Assembly (NCBI RefSeq): GCF_021869535.1
Contig: NW_026262690.1
Coordinates: 109,244,001-109,308,000, forward strand
Origin: Mytilus californianus
Lineage: Eukaryota
Direction of reading: 5' to 3'
Length of the DNA: 64,000 nucleotides
Shown: piece by piece, positions 49,651 through 63,751 of the stretch
Numbering within the stretch: position 1 is the first letter of the stretch
How the letters are laid out: every line of letters begins with the position of its first letter
Program-made: the position numbers and the translations under genes
The notes under the pieces: model-generated
Seen by the model: the letters and a program-made list of their open reading frames with translations, nothing else
What the model was told of the DNA's origin: nothing
The model's database searches: none

Positions 49651-51465
49651 GAGATTTTACTTCATAATATATACAAAGTAACAATGTTGCAATTTTCAAT
49701 GATTAAACTAATGGTACATGAACATAAATATCTGTCATAATGGCAAACTAATATAAAGATTTGAGATGAAGAACAGCAATAAAAGTAAGTACTGATTTTG
49801 TGTCATATATCCCCATATCCTTTGTGTTTCTATTATAATACCCCATTTAGTCTTATTCAAAATTACATCAGGGAATAGTTTCTGGTGTTTTTCTCAGGTA
49901 AAGGTCTAGGTGGAATGTCAGACCTTATTAAAAGTGCAATGCCTCGCTCAGACATTGGAGAACCAATCATAATGTTCTAATTTGGAACATGGGCGTTGGC
50001 ACTTCAAGTACTGGTAGACCATTTCTGAAAGACAATTCAACAATAAACATTTATCCAAACAAATTTTAGATCTAAGGAAGTCAAATAATATATTTAACAG
50101 TAACAATTTTCACAATTTATTGGTGGATTTCTCCAACGAGCTATGTTGGCCCAACTTTGAAAATCTTAATTATACAATCATTCAAATGAGGTAAAGGGGA
50201 TTTAAGCACGAACATACTCATTCAAACAATACAGTAGTAGATTAAAAACACTTGTGACAATATACAATGTTAGAGGAGCATTAGCCATTAAGTCATCTTG
50301 CACTTAAAGTCCACCATGGCATTTTTGAAAAGTTGGCAATTATGAATTTTACTGAACCATACATGTACATGTTTGCTCATTTCTAAAATTAATATACATT
50401 CGATAAAATTCTATAAAATTTCAAAATCTAATATATTGTTAAAAATATTTTTAAACGAATTAAGATTGAGATAGCCTAAATGGCCTCAAAATTTGAGTTT
50501 GTAATATCATTTCTGAAAGCACTATTAATGATCTCAAATATGCAAATTTTATATATGTATCTAGATGTAATCAGACTATTTTTCTGACTACTGTTACAGT
50601 GTTTGTTTTAGATATTTTTGATGTAAGTTTTAAGGTACAATGTGTGATATTTTCTAGTTTTAATCCATATTCTGCATTTTGAGGTCTACTTTCTTCCCCA
50701 AAACCAAATGCATCTATTAAAAGTTCACTATTATTGGCATATTGGTATGATAATGTAAAAATAAAGAGATGTGGTATGATTGCCAATGAGACATCTATCC
50801 ATATCCACTATGAGTCAAAATGACGTGAATATAACTATAGGTAACATTGCTTGTGTCTGGCCAAGAAATATTATACAAATAAAATGATAATGTGACAGTA
50901 TTAACCATATTAACACGTGATTATCATACATGTACATTATAATCATGTATGAAAATAATTTTAATAAGTTACTTTGGACTTTCATTTTGTCTTTATAGGC
51001 CCTTTAAAAGGAATAAAAGCTTCTTATAATCATGAAATTTATCATTTATTTGAATTACATGATCATCGTGTATCACAGTATGCAGGTAAAATGTACATGT
51101 ACATGCATGAAAACAATTTTAATAAGTTACTTTGCTATTTCGTCTATATACTGAGATGTCCAGTGGCAAATATTGCATAGATGTTCAGTTAACTAATTTC
51201 AAACATAACATACTTGGTGTTGGGTTTAGGATTGTCTATGGTAGTTGGTTGTACATAAGTTAGTGGCACATCTCCATTAATTCTGATAGGGAGTTAAAAC
51301 AAATACCACTGTTCCCTCGCAGCTATCGATGATGATGAACGGCTGCTTAACGTCCAGCGGCAAATTAATATGCATATCAAGGAAGAGAGCATGTTAATGT
51401 AATATGAATATATAAACCCTGCCTGGTACTTATACATCCCTCGGATTTCAAATGTTTGACATTGA

Positions 51466-51507
51466 GCATTCCTGATGAAGGTAAATCCAGAAAAGCGCTT
51501 CGGACGC
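51466..51507 (+). ncRNA. Third copy of the hammerhead motif, core intact
   Basis: GCATTC-CTGATGA-AGGTAAATCCA-GAAAAGCGCTTC-GGACGC; one mismatch in stem I. Confidence 0.65.
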
Positions 51508-51538
51508 ATGAAATTATGAAACGTGTTGTTTTCATTTT

Positions 51539-51801
51539 TGTACTAGACCGACACAGTGAGCTGGATTTTTAACATGCTAGTTCACAAGGTAACAGTTCGC
51601 AGGAAGAAACATCACCTTACCTGGACACATTATATTGACTCCGAGCAGAGCAGTCTTTGCTCTTACTCCTTAATATCGCGAGCTTAGCGGAGAAATATCA
51701 ATTACCAATTCTAAAGTATTTGATTTGACCCGACCCGGTTTCGAACCCACAACCTCCCGCACTCGAGGCGAACACGCTACCACGTGAACACCGAGGCAGT
51801 T
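51539..51801 (-). mobile_element. tRNA-derived SINE (Meta/MESC-like core)
   Basis: Minus strand: A-box TGGTAGCGTGTTCG, B-box GGTTCGAAACC, then the core CTCCGCTAAGC...TTAAGGAGTAAGAGCAAAGACTG...AATGTGTCC. Confidence 0.85.
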
Positions 51802-53544
51802 CGCAGCTGTCAAGGAGAGCTTTCGAGTTATTGGGGTACATGTGTCTACCAGAACATACATAGGCATGGAAAGTTGTTTTACAAAGATGAACTGCCAAAA
51901 TTTTAACTTGCACAGGAGAATGTTAACATGTTGGGTAGGGGCACATATTTTGCCTTGCAATGGAAAAACTACAAACTCCTAAATAAGTTGTTAAAAGGGT
52001 ATGTTAACTTGCAGAGATACTTTTTTCCAAACACAAGGCATAGATCGTCCCAACTTCCACTTGATCATTGATGTGGCTATGCATGCTATTTAAATGTCAT
52101 TTTTCCCATTTCTTCTTCCTTTTTAAGGAGGGGGGGGGGGGGGGGGGGTCTACCATAACAGAGAGAAACTGAGATCAATTTCTATACACCAGGGTATTGT
52201 CGTTGTGGACATGTTTTGGGTTCTACTTTCTCTCAAAATGCTATTTTATACGACGATTGACATGGTTAAGCCCCTGAGTTTCACACCATAAAACACAAAT
52301 ATAACAACTTGTATAAATCTATCTTCGAAAAAATAAAGTAAAATACTTTTATCTTCAATACCGACAACAAATGAGCAACATGTTTATTGTTCGCTTAAAT
52401 GGCTTGTTAGATAAACTTAGTCTATTAGACCACCTGGCCATCGAGATCGTTTACATTTATACCACTTGGCCACCGAGAGCCCCTACTTATGTTTTACCGA
52501 CAAACACATCCTTTAAACGGTGGTGTTCTTAATAGAGCCCGTCAATTAAGATACGATCCAAAAGATTGATTCTTTGAGTAAAAGTATTCTTAAGGTTATT
52601 TATTATTAGGAGAGGTATCCCTAATGGACCTTTATTAACAATGATACATCATGGCGTACTGCACGATGCATCCGTGTCCGTTATGTTAGATAAAACAGAA
52701 ATGTTCAGATATGATATACCAATGGTTATATCTGGGCATTTAAATCAAAACACTCACTAATCGCAATACCTTTTTTATTGAGGGGATGTATAAATAGTAC
52801 CCTGTCACGTCCAGTCTGTGTTTTTGTTAGATCCTGTTCTGTTTTGTATATGTCTGAAGATTTAAGCCCTTTTCAACTGATTTTTAAAGTTTGTTCTTAT
52901 GTTGTACTGTTACACCATTGTCCCAGGTTAGGAGGAGGGTTTGGCACCAACAAACTAGCGTATCCCCGCCACATTTTATATGTCCCTGTAGGAGCCTGTA
53001 ATTCAATGGTTATTGCTGTATATCATATTTGTTTTTGTTCATTGTTTTGTACATAAATCAGGCCGTTAGTTTTCTCATTCGAATTGTTTTACATTTGTGA
53101 TTCATTTGCCATTTCGGGGCCTTTTATAGCTTCTACGTCATGTGGTCTCTGGTGGAGAGTTGTCTCATTAGCAATAGATACAAGCTTCTCATTTTTATGT
53201 AATGAATATTTAACATTCCAATGAATTACAAAGAAATGTCATATATGTATTTTTAAAGTAAACCTACACTTAGTTGTTTAACAGGTAATATAAGACAGAA
53301 ATACCGGTTAAAAATAAATCCTTACATCTGAGCGATCAAGAAAAACAATGTGTCAGAGTATAAACACGTTTAAATCTAGGTCAGCACATTCACAACGTTA
53401 AAGACACTTAAATGGGTCATTAAATAAAAGTTATTAATGAGCGTGTCTGGAACAGAGATCTGGACTTCATGGTAAATCCTGTGTGTTACGAATATACTTT
53501 TTTCTACGTAGGTTTATATAAAGAACGATAATAGTTTTTCATCA

Positions 53545-53550
53545 TATAAA
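53545..53550 (+). promoter_or_regulatory. Candidate TATA box of the CYP gene
   Basis: TATAAA 67 nt upstream of the ATG, with an Inr-like TTCACC about 30 nt downstream. Confidence 0.45.
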
Positions 53551-53611
53551 TAGGATTTACTAAGATTACATACGTATTCACCACAAGTATATTATCTGTT
53601 TCTGTTTTGCA

Positions 53612-53981
53612 ATGGATATCGCATATTCCTATTTAGAAGGAATCGATCTAACAGCTACATTTATATTTTTAATAATATTTCTTGCGACAGTTTTGTGGAT
53701 GACATGTCCGAAATCGGATATTCCAGGACCACGCGCATGGCCTATTTTTGGAAATATTCTACTTGTTAGTCAGTTTAATAGTACACCAAAGAGGGTCAAG
53801 TTTGTGGAGGAGATGACAAGGCAGTATGGACCAATGTTTCGAATGTTTTTAGGACCATACCAGATTGTTTTTGTACAGGGTCATAAACATGTGATTGATG
53901 TTCTACAGAAACGAGGACGGGAATTTATAGACAGACCCAACTTTATTCCAGGAATCAAATTAGCTGAAAAAGCAAAAGGAG
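53612..53981 (+). CDS. Cytochrome P450 (CYP2 clan), first coding exon
   Basis: N-terminal TM anchor, IPGPRAWPIFGN proline hinge, YGPMFRMFLGP, EFIDRP; phase-1 donor GAG|GTAAAT at 53982. No later exons found in the window. Confidence 0.9.
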
Positions 53982-54528
53982 GTAAATCATAGATTATAAT
54001 AAAAATGAATAAAATCAAATTGTATTTTTAAAGAATTTCCAATGCAGAAAGGGAACGATCTGTACTTCCGTAATGTCATAAAAATACGAATATTGGGTTA
54101 TTGAAATTTATTGCTACAACATTTTGGAGATGATTCAGAATTAAAGGACACCGGCCACTTCAAACAATCATGTGTAAAGTAAAACCTTCATAGTTAATAA
54201 AATCGATATCTTCATGTTGTTGTGTGTATTTCTTATCAGGGAATGTGATAATCATTAGTGTAAACACAGATGGCCTTGATCGCCCTTGTATGCATATTTT
54301 TAGACACGATAACGAGAATCACGGCTATGACACCACTTGTGTTACCAGCTGTATATTCTCAGTGGTAATATTATATAGATAATACAGACATGCCATCAGT
54401 ATAGGGTTCCATTCATATCTCATATTACATACATGTTTTAGTTTTATGTAAAAAACAAATCTTTATGCAGTAGTATTATTCAAAAGTAAGAAGTAATTAT
54501 TATTTATTTCGTAAATATTAATATAAAT

Positions 54529-57500
54529 ATGTCGTATTGTGTGGTTTACGGATGCAATAGCAATTCTCAATGTGACACAAATATATATTGGTTTACTTTT
54601 TCGAAAGATTCGCAGAGAAATCGTGCTTGGGTTCACTATTGTAAACGACAGGACTTTACACCGTCTAAACATAGCAGAATTTGTTCTAAGCATTTTACCC
54701 TTCATCAGTATAGCAGACACCCAGAAAGAATTTTAGAATTGGGATATCCGGGTGCAAAGGCAGCACTGAAAGATGACGCCATACCCCACATTCCTGTAGT
54801 TGTGGATGCAGAAAAAGGACCATCTTCTCCTAAAAAACCTAGGTCGGCCTTCGAAAAAAAAACGGAAACGTCAGGTACAATTGATCCTCTTTATTATTCA
54901 TCGAAACTTATGTGAAAAATTCGTTCATGGTTATCTGTATGGTTTCTATACTTATAAACAATTATTATATTTGTATATCTTTCTTCCCGTTTTTGTTCTA
55001 CTGAAAATTGTCACAGGTATTTATCTTATTTACATGAAAAGGTATATATCCATGTAAATAATACTACGATCCATTAAAAAAACGATCGTAAGTAATACTG
55101 AAATGTTCAAAACTTCCGGATATTTTATTTTTTTTTCGTATACTTTTTTATGAAATGAGTCGCTTGGTGATAATTTATAATTTGGCTTGTAGAAGAGGTC
55201 TGAAACTCTTATAACATAAAATAAACGAATAAGGTTTCGTTAGTCTTAATAAAGAAAAAAAAAAAACATATCAATTATTCCATTCCACAAGAAATCTACG
55301 ACACAGTCCTTTCCCGAATACCACGACAAAACAAAAAGGTGAATTAACGGGATATATGATTTTTTTACATCCATGTATGTGTATACAGTTTTTTCAATGA
55401 AAGCATTTTTTTAAATAAAAATTTGATTTCACCTATAGGTTCTTGAAGAGGCCTTCAATGATTCATTAGATAAGTCTTTAGACTTCATTGACATTGAAAC
55501 AGAATTGTCACCCACATATGACAGTACGGACAACCGGGAAGAGGAAGAAATTCCGGCAGATATACAAAAAACATTCGAGACAACTGTTTCTAATACCGAT
55601 GCCACAAACATGACAACTCAAAAATTTCAAACAGATTCCATTCCACAGAAAACAAGAAGATTACAAACATTAAAGCCCAAGAGAAAATCTAAAGGTATCC
55701 AGTGTGACCCTTCAGATATTGATTCAAAATATCTAGTCGCCACACAAAACAAATTGATAACCGCAAATACTACAAGCTGTAGCCATACACAGGTACAGAC
55801 CGAACAAAACTTGGATGACAATGATGAGATGGATGATAATGAAGATGATGTAGATGAATATGATAATGATCCTGATTATATTTATAACGAGTCCGAGGAA
55901 GAAGATGGGGACGATGAATATGGTTCTGATGATGAAAAAGAAACAAGCAATTACAGATTGGAAGAAGGTAAAGATCCAGTTGATGAAAAGTACTACATGG
56001 TCTCTGAAACAGCATTATTTCAGTTACTCTCAGTATGCCGAGAGTGTAACCTTCGTTGCGTTCCAATAATTAAATTCAGTAGAGGGACAATGATATCTAC
56101 ATCATCCGTATGTGCTTTGGGACACGTCTACAGGTGGAAATCCAAAAACTGTCATGAAAGACTACCATCGGGAAACCTTTTACTTGCAAGTGCCATAATG
56201 TTTAGCGGAAATAATACAGCCAAAGGTGTAAGATTATTCAATCAAATGAAACTGAAAGGCATTAGTGAACGCTCGGTTAGAAGACTGCAAACAGCATACA
56301 CATCATGTGCTGTTATTTATGAATTTGACTCGCATCAAGCAGATCTGCTTACTTCCTTGCAAGGTATGTATATTTCTTCATAGTATTACTTCGTTTCTTA
56401 TAATTAAGTCTCTTTTAATTTATTTCCTGGAATACATGTTTATTTCTATACTCATTTCTCCCACTCTCAAATTAGGTATCTTGTAACAGAACATAATATA
56501 TTTTCTGTACGAAATAATTTCATTGTTTACTATATAAATAAAAATGTTATAATCTTCATGCATTACACTTTTTAATATTGCAGGTCCAGATAAACAAATA
56601 ATACTTGGTGGCGACGGAAGGTGTGACAGTCCTGGTTATAGTGCTAAATATGGCAGTTATACCCTGATGGACTTGAACACAAATAAAATATTGGACATTC
56701 AGCTTGTTCAGGTTTGCATTAATTTAACTCTTGAAAGGGTTCTCGATGTCAGTTTTAAATTAGATCTGTATAAATGATTCCAAATAAATTCAGCTTAATA
56801 TGCATACTTTTATAAAACGGATTTAGAGTTGCTGTCCAGTGGCAAGTATTTCATGAATATTACCCAAATCTCATTGTTTTCATATAAGTTTTGAATTAGA
56901 TCTGTATAAATGATCCCAAATAAATACAGCTTATTATGCATACTACTATAAAACGGATTTATTGTTGCTGTCCAGTGGCCGGTATTTCATGAATTTTTCC
57001 CCAAATCTCATTGTTTTAATAAATCATGTTGACAAATAATTTCATTATTTGCTTATTTATTTCAGTCCAATGAAGTTAAGGGGTCAACCCATATGGAATT
57101 TGAAGGACTAAAGAGGGGTTTGTCCCTTCTTATGGACACTAATCATATTGAAGTCTCGACGCTTGTCACAAATAGACACGTTATGATAAAGTAGTTTATG
57201 AAGGACAACAATCCAGAAATATATCATTAATTCGATGTATGGCATATAGCAAAAGGTATAACTCACTCAACTTCTTACTATAGCTATTTATACAATCTAA
57301 TCAAGTTGTGAGAACATTTAATTGAATAACAAATCATGTTTTATAAAACCGCAATACTCTTAGAATGTTAATAAAAAAAATATGCATTTCGAAATATTTA
57401 CTTGAATCCAATGCTTACAGGAATATAAAAAAAGTTGAAAACAGAGCCAAGAAGAAAGATAAATGAGACATAAGACCATGGATAAAGAGCATTGTTAACC

Positions 57501-58877
57501 ATACATATTGGGTAGCTGCATCAAGTGCGGAAGATCAAAATGTGAAAATACACACAAATGGACATCAATGTCCAACATCATCATCAATAACATGTCCATG
57601 AATCTGATGTACTTCCGCAATGTATCCATGGAGAGCTTGAGGAACAATGAGCTTGGCTTAAACAAGGTAAACAAATATCTTGAAATAAAAATGGTTTCCA
57701 TATTTCTATGAAAAAAAACCCAATTGTGATTTTTCATGTTTTTGTAAAAATTAAAAAAGAAACTATTTAAACAATGTTCGCATCTAGTGATTAATTTCAG
57801 TTTTGAATCTATACATTTCTATGGCTCAAATTATCTTTTTTAAATAAATGATATTCATTTTTAATTTTTAGGTTCCAGATCTCATAAACTTGTTCTGGAA
57901 TTAATCGAAAGCAAATATTTGCTTAACGATTTAAAAAGCTGTCACCAGTGCACCAGACATATGACATCGAGGTGTTTAACTCACTTGTGAACCAGTATGC
58001 ACCAAAGAACACCCACTTATTCCAGTATTCAATGAAAGCAAGGTAATTTATTGTGTACAGTATGTTAAAATAACCAATACCAAACAGAATAGTGAAAGGT
58101 GTGTACCTGTACTTTAATGGCCAACATATAGTGTACATATAAACTCATCAGTAGCTAAATTTAAACTTTGAAGCAATAAGTTAAAAAGTTTAGTAGGTTC
58201 TTTTTTTATAAATCTGTTGATTTAAATGCTTTTGTACCTGTTTTTTTTTTCTTCAGGATTTACATTGCTGCATTGCATTACAATGAAAATGGAAAAAGAC
58301 AGCAAGCTGTCACAAAAGCAGGAATCTTGAAATGGAAAATGTCGTACCCTAAAGCAAAAAAAGGAGAGCAATGTGTTGTCAAACCGCAGAAAGTTCAAGC
58401 AACCTATGGTAAGATTTCATAAAACGTTCTGCTTCAATTAGAAAAACATAAAAAGCACTATGCAAGACACTAACTTTGTAATAATATTGTTCTTCAGCAG
58501 TTTTTTTTTATTTATGGGAATTATAAAGGTTTATTTACAATAGAATGAGTCTCTTTTTGTACAATTAAAATTGAAAAAGTTATATTCTCCAAATGCATAA
58601 TGCACATGTACATGCATGTAAGTGCATCTATAAGTTTGCACTGTTAAGTTAAGTGGATTAGAGGCTGAGCTACTACATATTGTTTCTATTTGTCTTGTAG
58701 ATTATGTTGGAGCTCTTCTGAAAAGAACTTTTGACAGACGAAATAACTTGTCAAGCATTAAAGAAGCTCTAGAGGACTTTAACGTTGTATACCAGAGACT
58801 TCCTCCACTAACAGCATCAAATGCTAATTTTGATAAGGAGGAGTTTATAAGACATAGAACAAGTTGTTTTTGCTAGA
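54529..58877 (+). pseudogene. THAP-domain Kolobok DDE transposase, 8 exons (~54529-54874, 55439-56363, 56584-56711, 57066-57255, 57421-57666, 57873-58041, 58257-58408, 58701-58877)
   Basis: THAP C2CH (CVVYGC...WVHYC...ICSKHF...AIP); GDGRCDSPGYSAKY (D1); LVTNRH (D2 mutated to N); FDVWH; HQTYDIEVFNS...YAPK (E); AALHYNEN. GT-AG junctions located by hand; several stops and frameshifts. Confidence 0.9.
56752..57017. repeat. ~136-bp tandem duplication within a transposase intron
   Basis: TTAGATCTGTATAAATGAT...CCCAAATCTCATTGTTTT occurs twice. Confidence 0.85.
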
Positions 58878-59110
58878 AACTGACATCATTTCGCAACTTT
58901 GCATACTTGTACATTTGTTTTAATATATTATGTGATCATTGTTCAATATAACTCTTCACCATTATCCTTGTATTTACCACAATTTACACCATGTAATCAA
59001 GTGTTTTTATCTTTCAATGCTGTGTTGTGGAAACGTAAAATATACACAGATTTTAACCACAAGTATGGGCGGGTAATTGAGAGCTTCATGAAATAAATTT
59101 ATTTAAATTA

Positions 59111-60624
59111 TCATGGCCTGGCATATTTGAAACCAGTAAAGTACTCAGACGGGAATGCCTCCCGAATTTTTCTTTCTGCACATGCTGGTGTCACTTTTTT
59201 CTTTTTTTCCCAAGAATAAGCCAGATCCGGCGAGTGAATCGTCAGTACGCTTTATAGCTATATAATCTGAAAAAAAAAATTAACATATTTAACAGATTAT
59301 TCGAATTCTTTATACAAAGTGATACTCCAAACTTGAACAAGGATATTATTATAACTGATTGTCAGCATTGATTAAGATGATTTCACATTTTCATGATGAT
59401 ATATTTGTTTATCCAGATTTAATTATTTTGACTGTTTTGAATTTCATCATCAGCTTGGTCTTGAAATTTTTTTTATCATGTTTTTGATTGAAATTGTAAT
59501 TAAAAAAAAATAGTTGTGAAGTAAAATTTATGTTCAATCGACGATATTAAATTGAACGTACTCATGAATTGGTTTATTATCATCTACTGGTCCCTTCCGT
59601 TCAACAAAGCCATACAAAGAGACCTCAATGACATGTCTATTTAGACAGTTTCCAGTGAACCCCTCATGGTCTGTTATGCACTCAAGGTCCCCATCTTCTA
59701 TCTATTCTACAACCAGACCAACTTCCTTGCAACAAATGCATTCATACACAGTGGGCATTAAAGTGCAGTTGTTACAGTCACACCTGGGAAATTTAATGTA
59801 CAATGTAGATTTGACTTGCAAATATTTTACAATAAATCACTAAAATCCATTATTATTTATGTAAATTTAAAAAAAAAAAGTCATACCGGTCAAGTAATTT
59901 ATAAAAAGGTAATGCATCACTGTGAAAAAAATAGCATGGTGCATAACAAAAATAATTTATCAAAAATAACATTAATTCCATGATATCATTGTGACTAGTC
60001 CAAATAATTATGACGTCTTGAAAGGCTATTTGTTTTTTGCTTTGATGCCTTAGCATGCAAGGCGTCACAGCAAAAAAAATATAATAGCCTTTCAAGACGT
60101 CACAATTATTTGGACTATGTAAGTACATACTACATGTACAACAAAATCAGTACCTATTTTTTAAATTAAAACTATAGGTCTTGTTCATCATCTTCTTTGA
60201 AAATTAAAATATGGCATTCTCTCATTTCATTTGACTCTGTATGTAGTTCAGGGAGTGTTAAATATACGAGTGTAGGCAAATGTGTATGATATACACATGC
60301 CAAACCCTTTTTTTTTAATAAAGGAACAAAAAAAAACGGACAAAAACACATTTACATCTACGGCGGCTTTGCAATGTTTAGCATTTAATCATGTTAGACG
60401 ATATTGGACAATCAACCATACCATGCCAAGTTATTCATCTGAATGTCTTGCAGGTCAAAGGAGTCAGATTTGTCGACTTTAGAATTTTCCTCAGAGTCCG
60501 ATTGATTTTGACTGCTTACTTCGTTTTGTTCAATATGAACAACAGGCTCGAACTGATACGGTTGAATATTATCAACAGCAGCTAAAAGTGGCTCATCGCC
60601 ACTGTCCTGTCCGTCGAAATCCAT
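59111..60624 (-). pseudogene. KolX-type accessory gene (Cys-rich, P2X7 C-terminal 'ballast'-like); exons 60624-60422, 59783-59562, 59266-59111
   Basis: Spliced by hand with consistent phase-2 junctions: ...PYQFEP...NLAW|CDCNNCTLMPTVYECICCKE...CITDHEGF...NCLN...IHE|LYSYKAY*RFTRRIW..LGK..(frameshift)VTPACAERKIREAFPSEYFTGFK. Confidence 0.85.
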
Positions 60625-61040
60625 TGAATACTTTGTCTAATTTGAGTTACAAATATCTGTGTTTCTCGTGGTATGGCGGATGTAAACAACACAAGTGACG
60701 TCACGAACTCATTCGAGAAGGTTGCTTATTTTTTGTCGGCAATTATCGGCAATGTCCGGAAAAGGGTTATTTCAAGCTGATACAACCTGTTTTTATAGAT
60801 ATACGATATGTGTCACACACTAATCTACGAAATTAACGATGTTTACAACCCATTACGATTTATTTTACAAATGATTGTTTGAAGTGGTCGGTGTCCTTTA
60901 AGGAATATATCTCCGTCATACAAAGCTCTGATTCATTGAATGCTTTAATTATACATTTTATCCTTTTTAGGTTTCATCAGCTCTTAAAGTTTTGAATACG
61001 TTTAGGATTTTGAAATATTTCGACCTAGAGCATCATTTAA

Positions 61041-63751
61041 AGTAACACGATACCAAATGGCATATCTCCCGATTTCTAAAGTTTTTGGCACATTTGTACT
61101 TTGATTCGAGTTACATCGGAATATGAAATAAAAAATGGGGGTCATCGTTTTTTTTGTTTTGTTTTTTGTTTTGGTAACTTTCATAAGAAAACGTCAATTT
61201 TGGCGACAAATTTTCATAAATGTATATTCATGCCATGTTTTTTACTTATTTTTTTTAGATTTTTGATTGGATGGCTATGTTCTGATATACGTAGAAAGAC
61301 TAAAAACTAACATAGTAACCAGGATTTTATACTGAATCCATGCATGTATAGAAACCCATATGTCACCATCCTTGTTTTTTTAGATAAATTGCTTCAAAGT
61401 TGACCGATACGCTTAGAATTTGACAGAAAACGTGTGACGTTACTGAATTAAGAATAACGTTTTTTACTCAGCATGCTCAGAGGTATTGAAAAAGTATGTA
61501 ACAGGATCTGAATGGTGTTTGTTATTTTATTTTCATTTCTCCTGTCAGGTTTCGTAAATGTCCTATGTATTCAATATAACATTCTACTGGTTTTATTTTA
61601 TTTTGTCCTAACCAGGTGCACATGTAACTTTTCAAAACTTAATCTGCAACTCAACCCTACCAAACCAGAAAAAGCTGATGCCACCACTGCGTTCATGCAT
61701 TAATCAATAAAGTGCTTCAAAAATTTGATTAAGTCAACAGTGATGTTGAAATACAATTTGAATTGATTCATTGATGGTTGCTTAACGTCAAGTAGCAAAT
61801 AATTTATGCATGTTCAGGACGATTCGATGCAATTTCAAATAATTGTGTCTAAAGAACACATTTTATGCATCCGTCAAAAAAGTTTAAACATTCTATTAGT
61901 TGTGAAAATTTCAATGAAAATCAATATCCTAATAAAAAACACATTCTCATTATAGTATACTCTGTATGGTGTAAACGTGTGAGTTGTGTGTGTGTAGTTT
62001 GTTGGACAAACCTTGCAAAGTATGCAAATTTCCCTTAAAAAGACAAAGTTCAACATTTTGTCATTTGTTGAAATATTATAATTAAATAAATCTGACTATT
62101 GATTCGAACATGCATGTGATGTTATAATTTGATAGATTTAATACTTGCTATACTGAATATACTTATTGACTTCCCGATTCAAGGGAACAACGAATTTTCA
62201 CTAAAACTACAAATTAGCAGTAAAAAAGTTCTTGTCCATCCTGCATTAGTCACATGTTATCTAGATGCCTTTGGTTTTGTGTGTAGTCAATCGACCAGTT
62301 GCTGTCTTATTGTATATCCCACATCTCCATTTATTCACAACAAGAAATACCAACATATTTTTTACATACATACTTGTACACTTGTTAGAAAAAATCCTTA
62401 TAAGACTGTGAATACCCTCGAGCTTTTTTCCGACGCTTAAGTGAGCAAAATGCCCCTCCACCGAAAAGGTACCTTTGTTTATCGGATGTGAGTCGTTTTG
62501 TCTCCTCCCCCTCACCCTATTATTAGTACTTGTACATCATGTCCAACTAAAAACACCAAAAACACTAATCCCCGAAGACCCAAGCGTAGATTACAATGAA
62601 TCTAAAATCAAAAAGATTGTAAGATCTTGTTGGTTTTTTTCACCTTGTTTTTGCCATCTGAATAATATAGGCTAAAGAAAATATTACTTTATAATCTATT
62701 TACGTTCGAAGCACTTTTCTGGATTTACCTTCATCAAAGCACCGATTATTTATTTATTGTGGGGACGCTGTTTTTTTAATGAATCATTTGATTGTACATT
62801 TCGAGAAAATAATTTAATGTAGAATGGAATTTCAAAAAAAATATCTAACGAGGTCTGAATGATTTAGTTTTAGTTCGTCCTAACTTAGTGCACATTTATC
62901 GTTGACATCCCATGTGTTTAAGCCTTTGTTTACCGTCACCTCATTCCGATGTTACAGTCCTGTGTAGACTATGCTTATACGATTACAATGCTTGCACTTT
63001 ATCTTTTTAACAAGCTTCCGAAACTATATCAAAATTCTTCTGAGCCGTCCAATAAATTTCAAAAACTATTTACACTTGGAACATAGGGAAAGTGTTGTTT
63101 GTGTTCGGCCAAATAACCAAGTTCAACTATTCTCCTTTTTCATTCCATGCCTGACAAAATAAAAAAAACGGCTTTTTTTCGGCGACCATTTTAAAACAAA
63201 GGGGTTTCTTAACGGAATTGCAATAATAGTGATACAATTCCCCGTTATTTCACATATTATTCTAGTTTTCTATAATTTGGGTTTCTACTTTCAAAACAAA
63301 ATTTCATCGGGAAACGGCGTGCATCATAACTAAGAATTTATAACGAAAAAATGAACCAACGCAGATTAAGTTTAAAACTCTCAACAGATATAGATAAATC
63401 GTGCAAATGCTTACTTGTCAATAGAATAAAACATTTTAAAAGTATAGATTTAAATGTAAAGAATGAGCAGAAGAATGGGAGGAAGACGACTAAACGATCA
63501 ATGTCAAATAACGTATTGCATCAAATATTTCGGCACTCTGCATCTATGCAAAGTTACAATAAAAAATGTTTAACAAAAATAAACGATTATTTCATTATGT
63601 TTTTAGTTCGCGATACAATTACATGTTTTTGTCGTCAACCTCCAGAAACACGACGGAACCTGCTGCATTGACTGGTATCTAAGAACGTTGTTCAAAAACG
63701 TCTGACAGGAAGGAATACTCATAACGTAACGTCATTGGGTATCGTGTGACC
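61041..63751. mobile_element. Candidate non-autonomous TTAA-flanked (Kolobok-like) element, ~2.7 kb
   Basis: TTAA|AGTAACACGATACCAAATG ... CATTGGGTATCGTGTGACC|TTAA, 16/19 inverted match; no coding remnant recognised. Confidence 0.55.

Larger units (their letters stand above)
54145..60897 (+). mobile_element. Kolobok-superfamily DNA transposon (6753 bp), structurally complete, both genes mutated
   Basis: 27-bp TIRs AGGACACCG(G/A)CCACTTCAAACAATCAT with 1 mismatch; TTAA at 54141-44 and 60898-901; convergent THAP-DDE transposase and Cys-rich accessory gene. Confidence 0.93.

Noticed and set aside
49860-50035. GC-richer minus-strand stretch after a TTTCAG acceptor (MVYQYLKCQRPCSKLEHYDWFSNV*)
   Set aside because: All frames close quickly and no family is recognisable, so it is not supportable as an exon.
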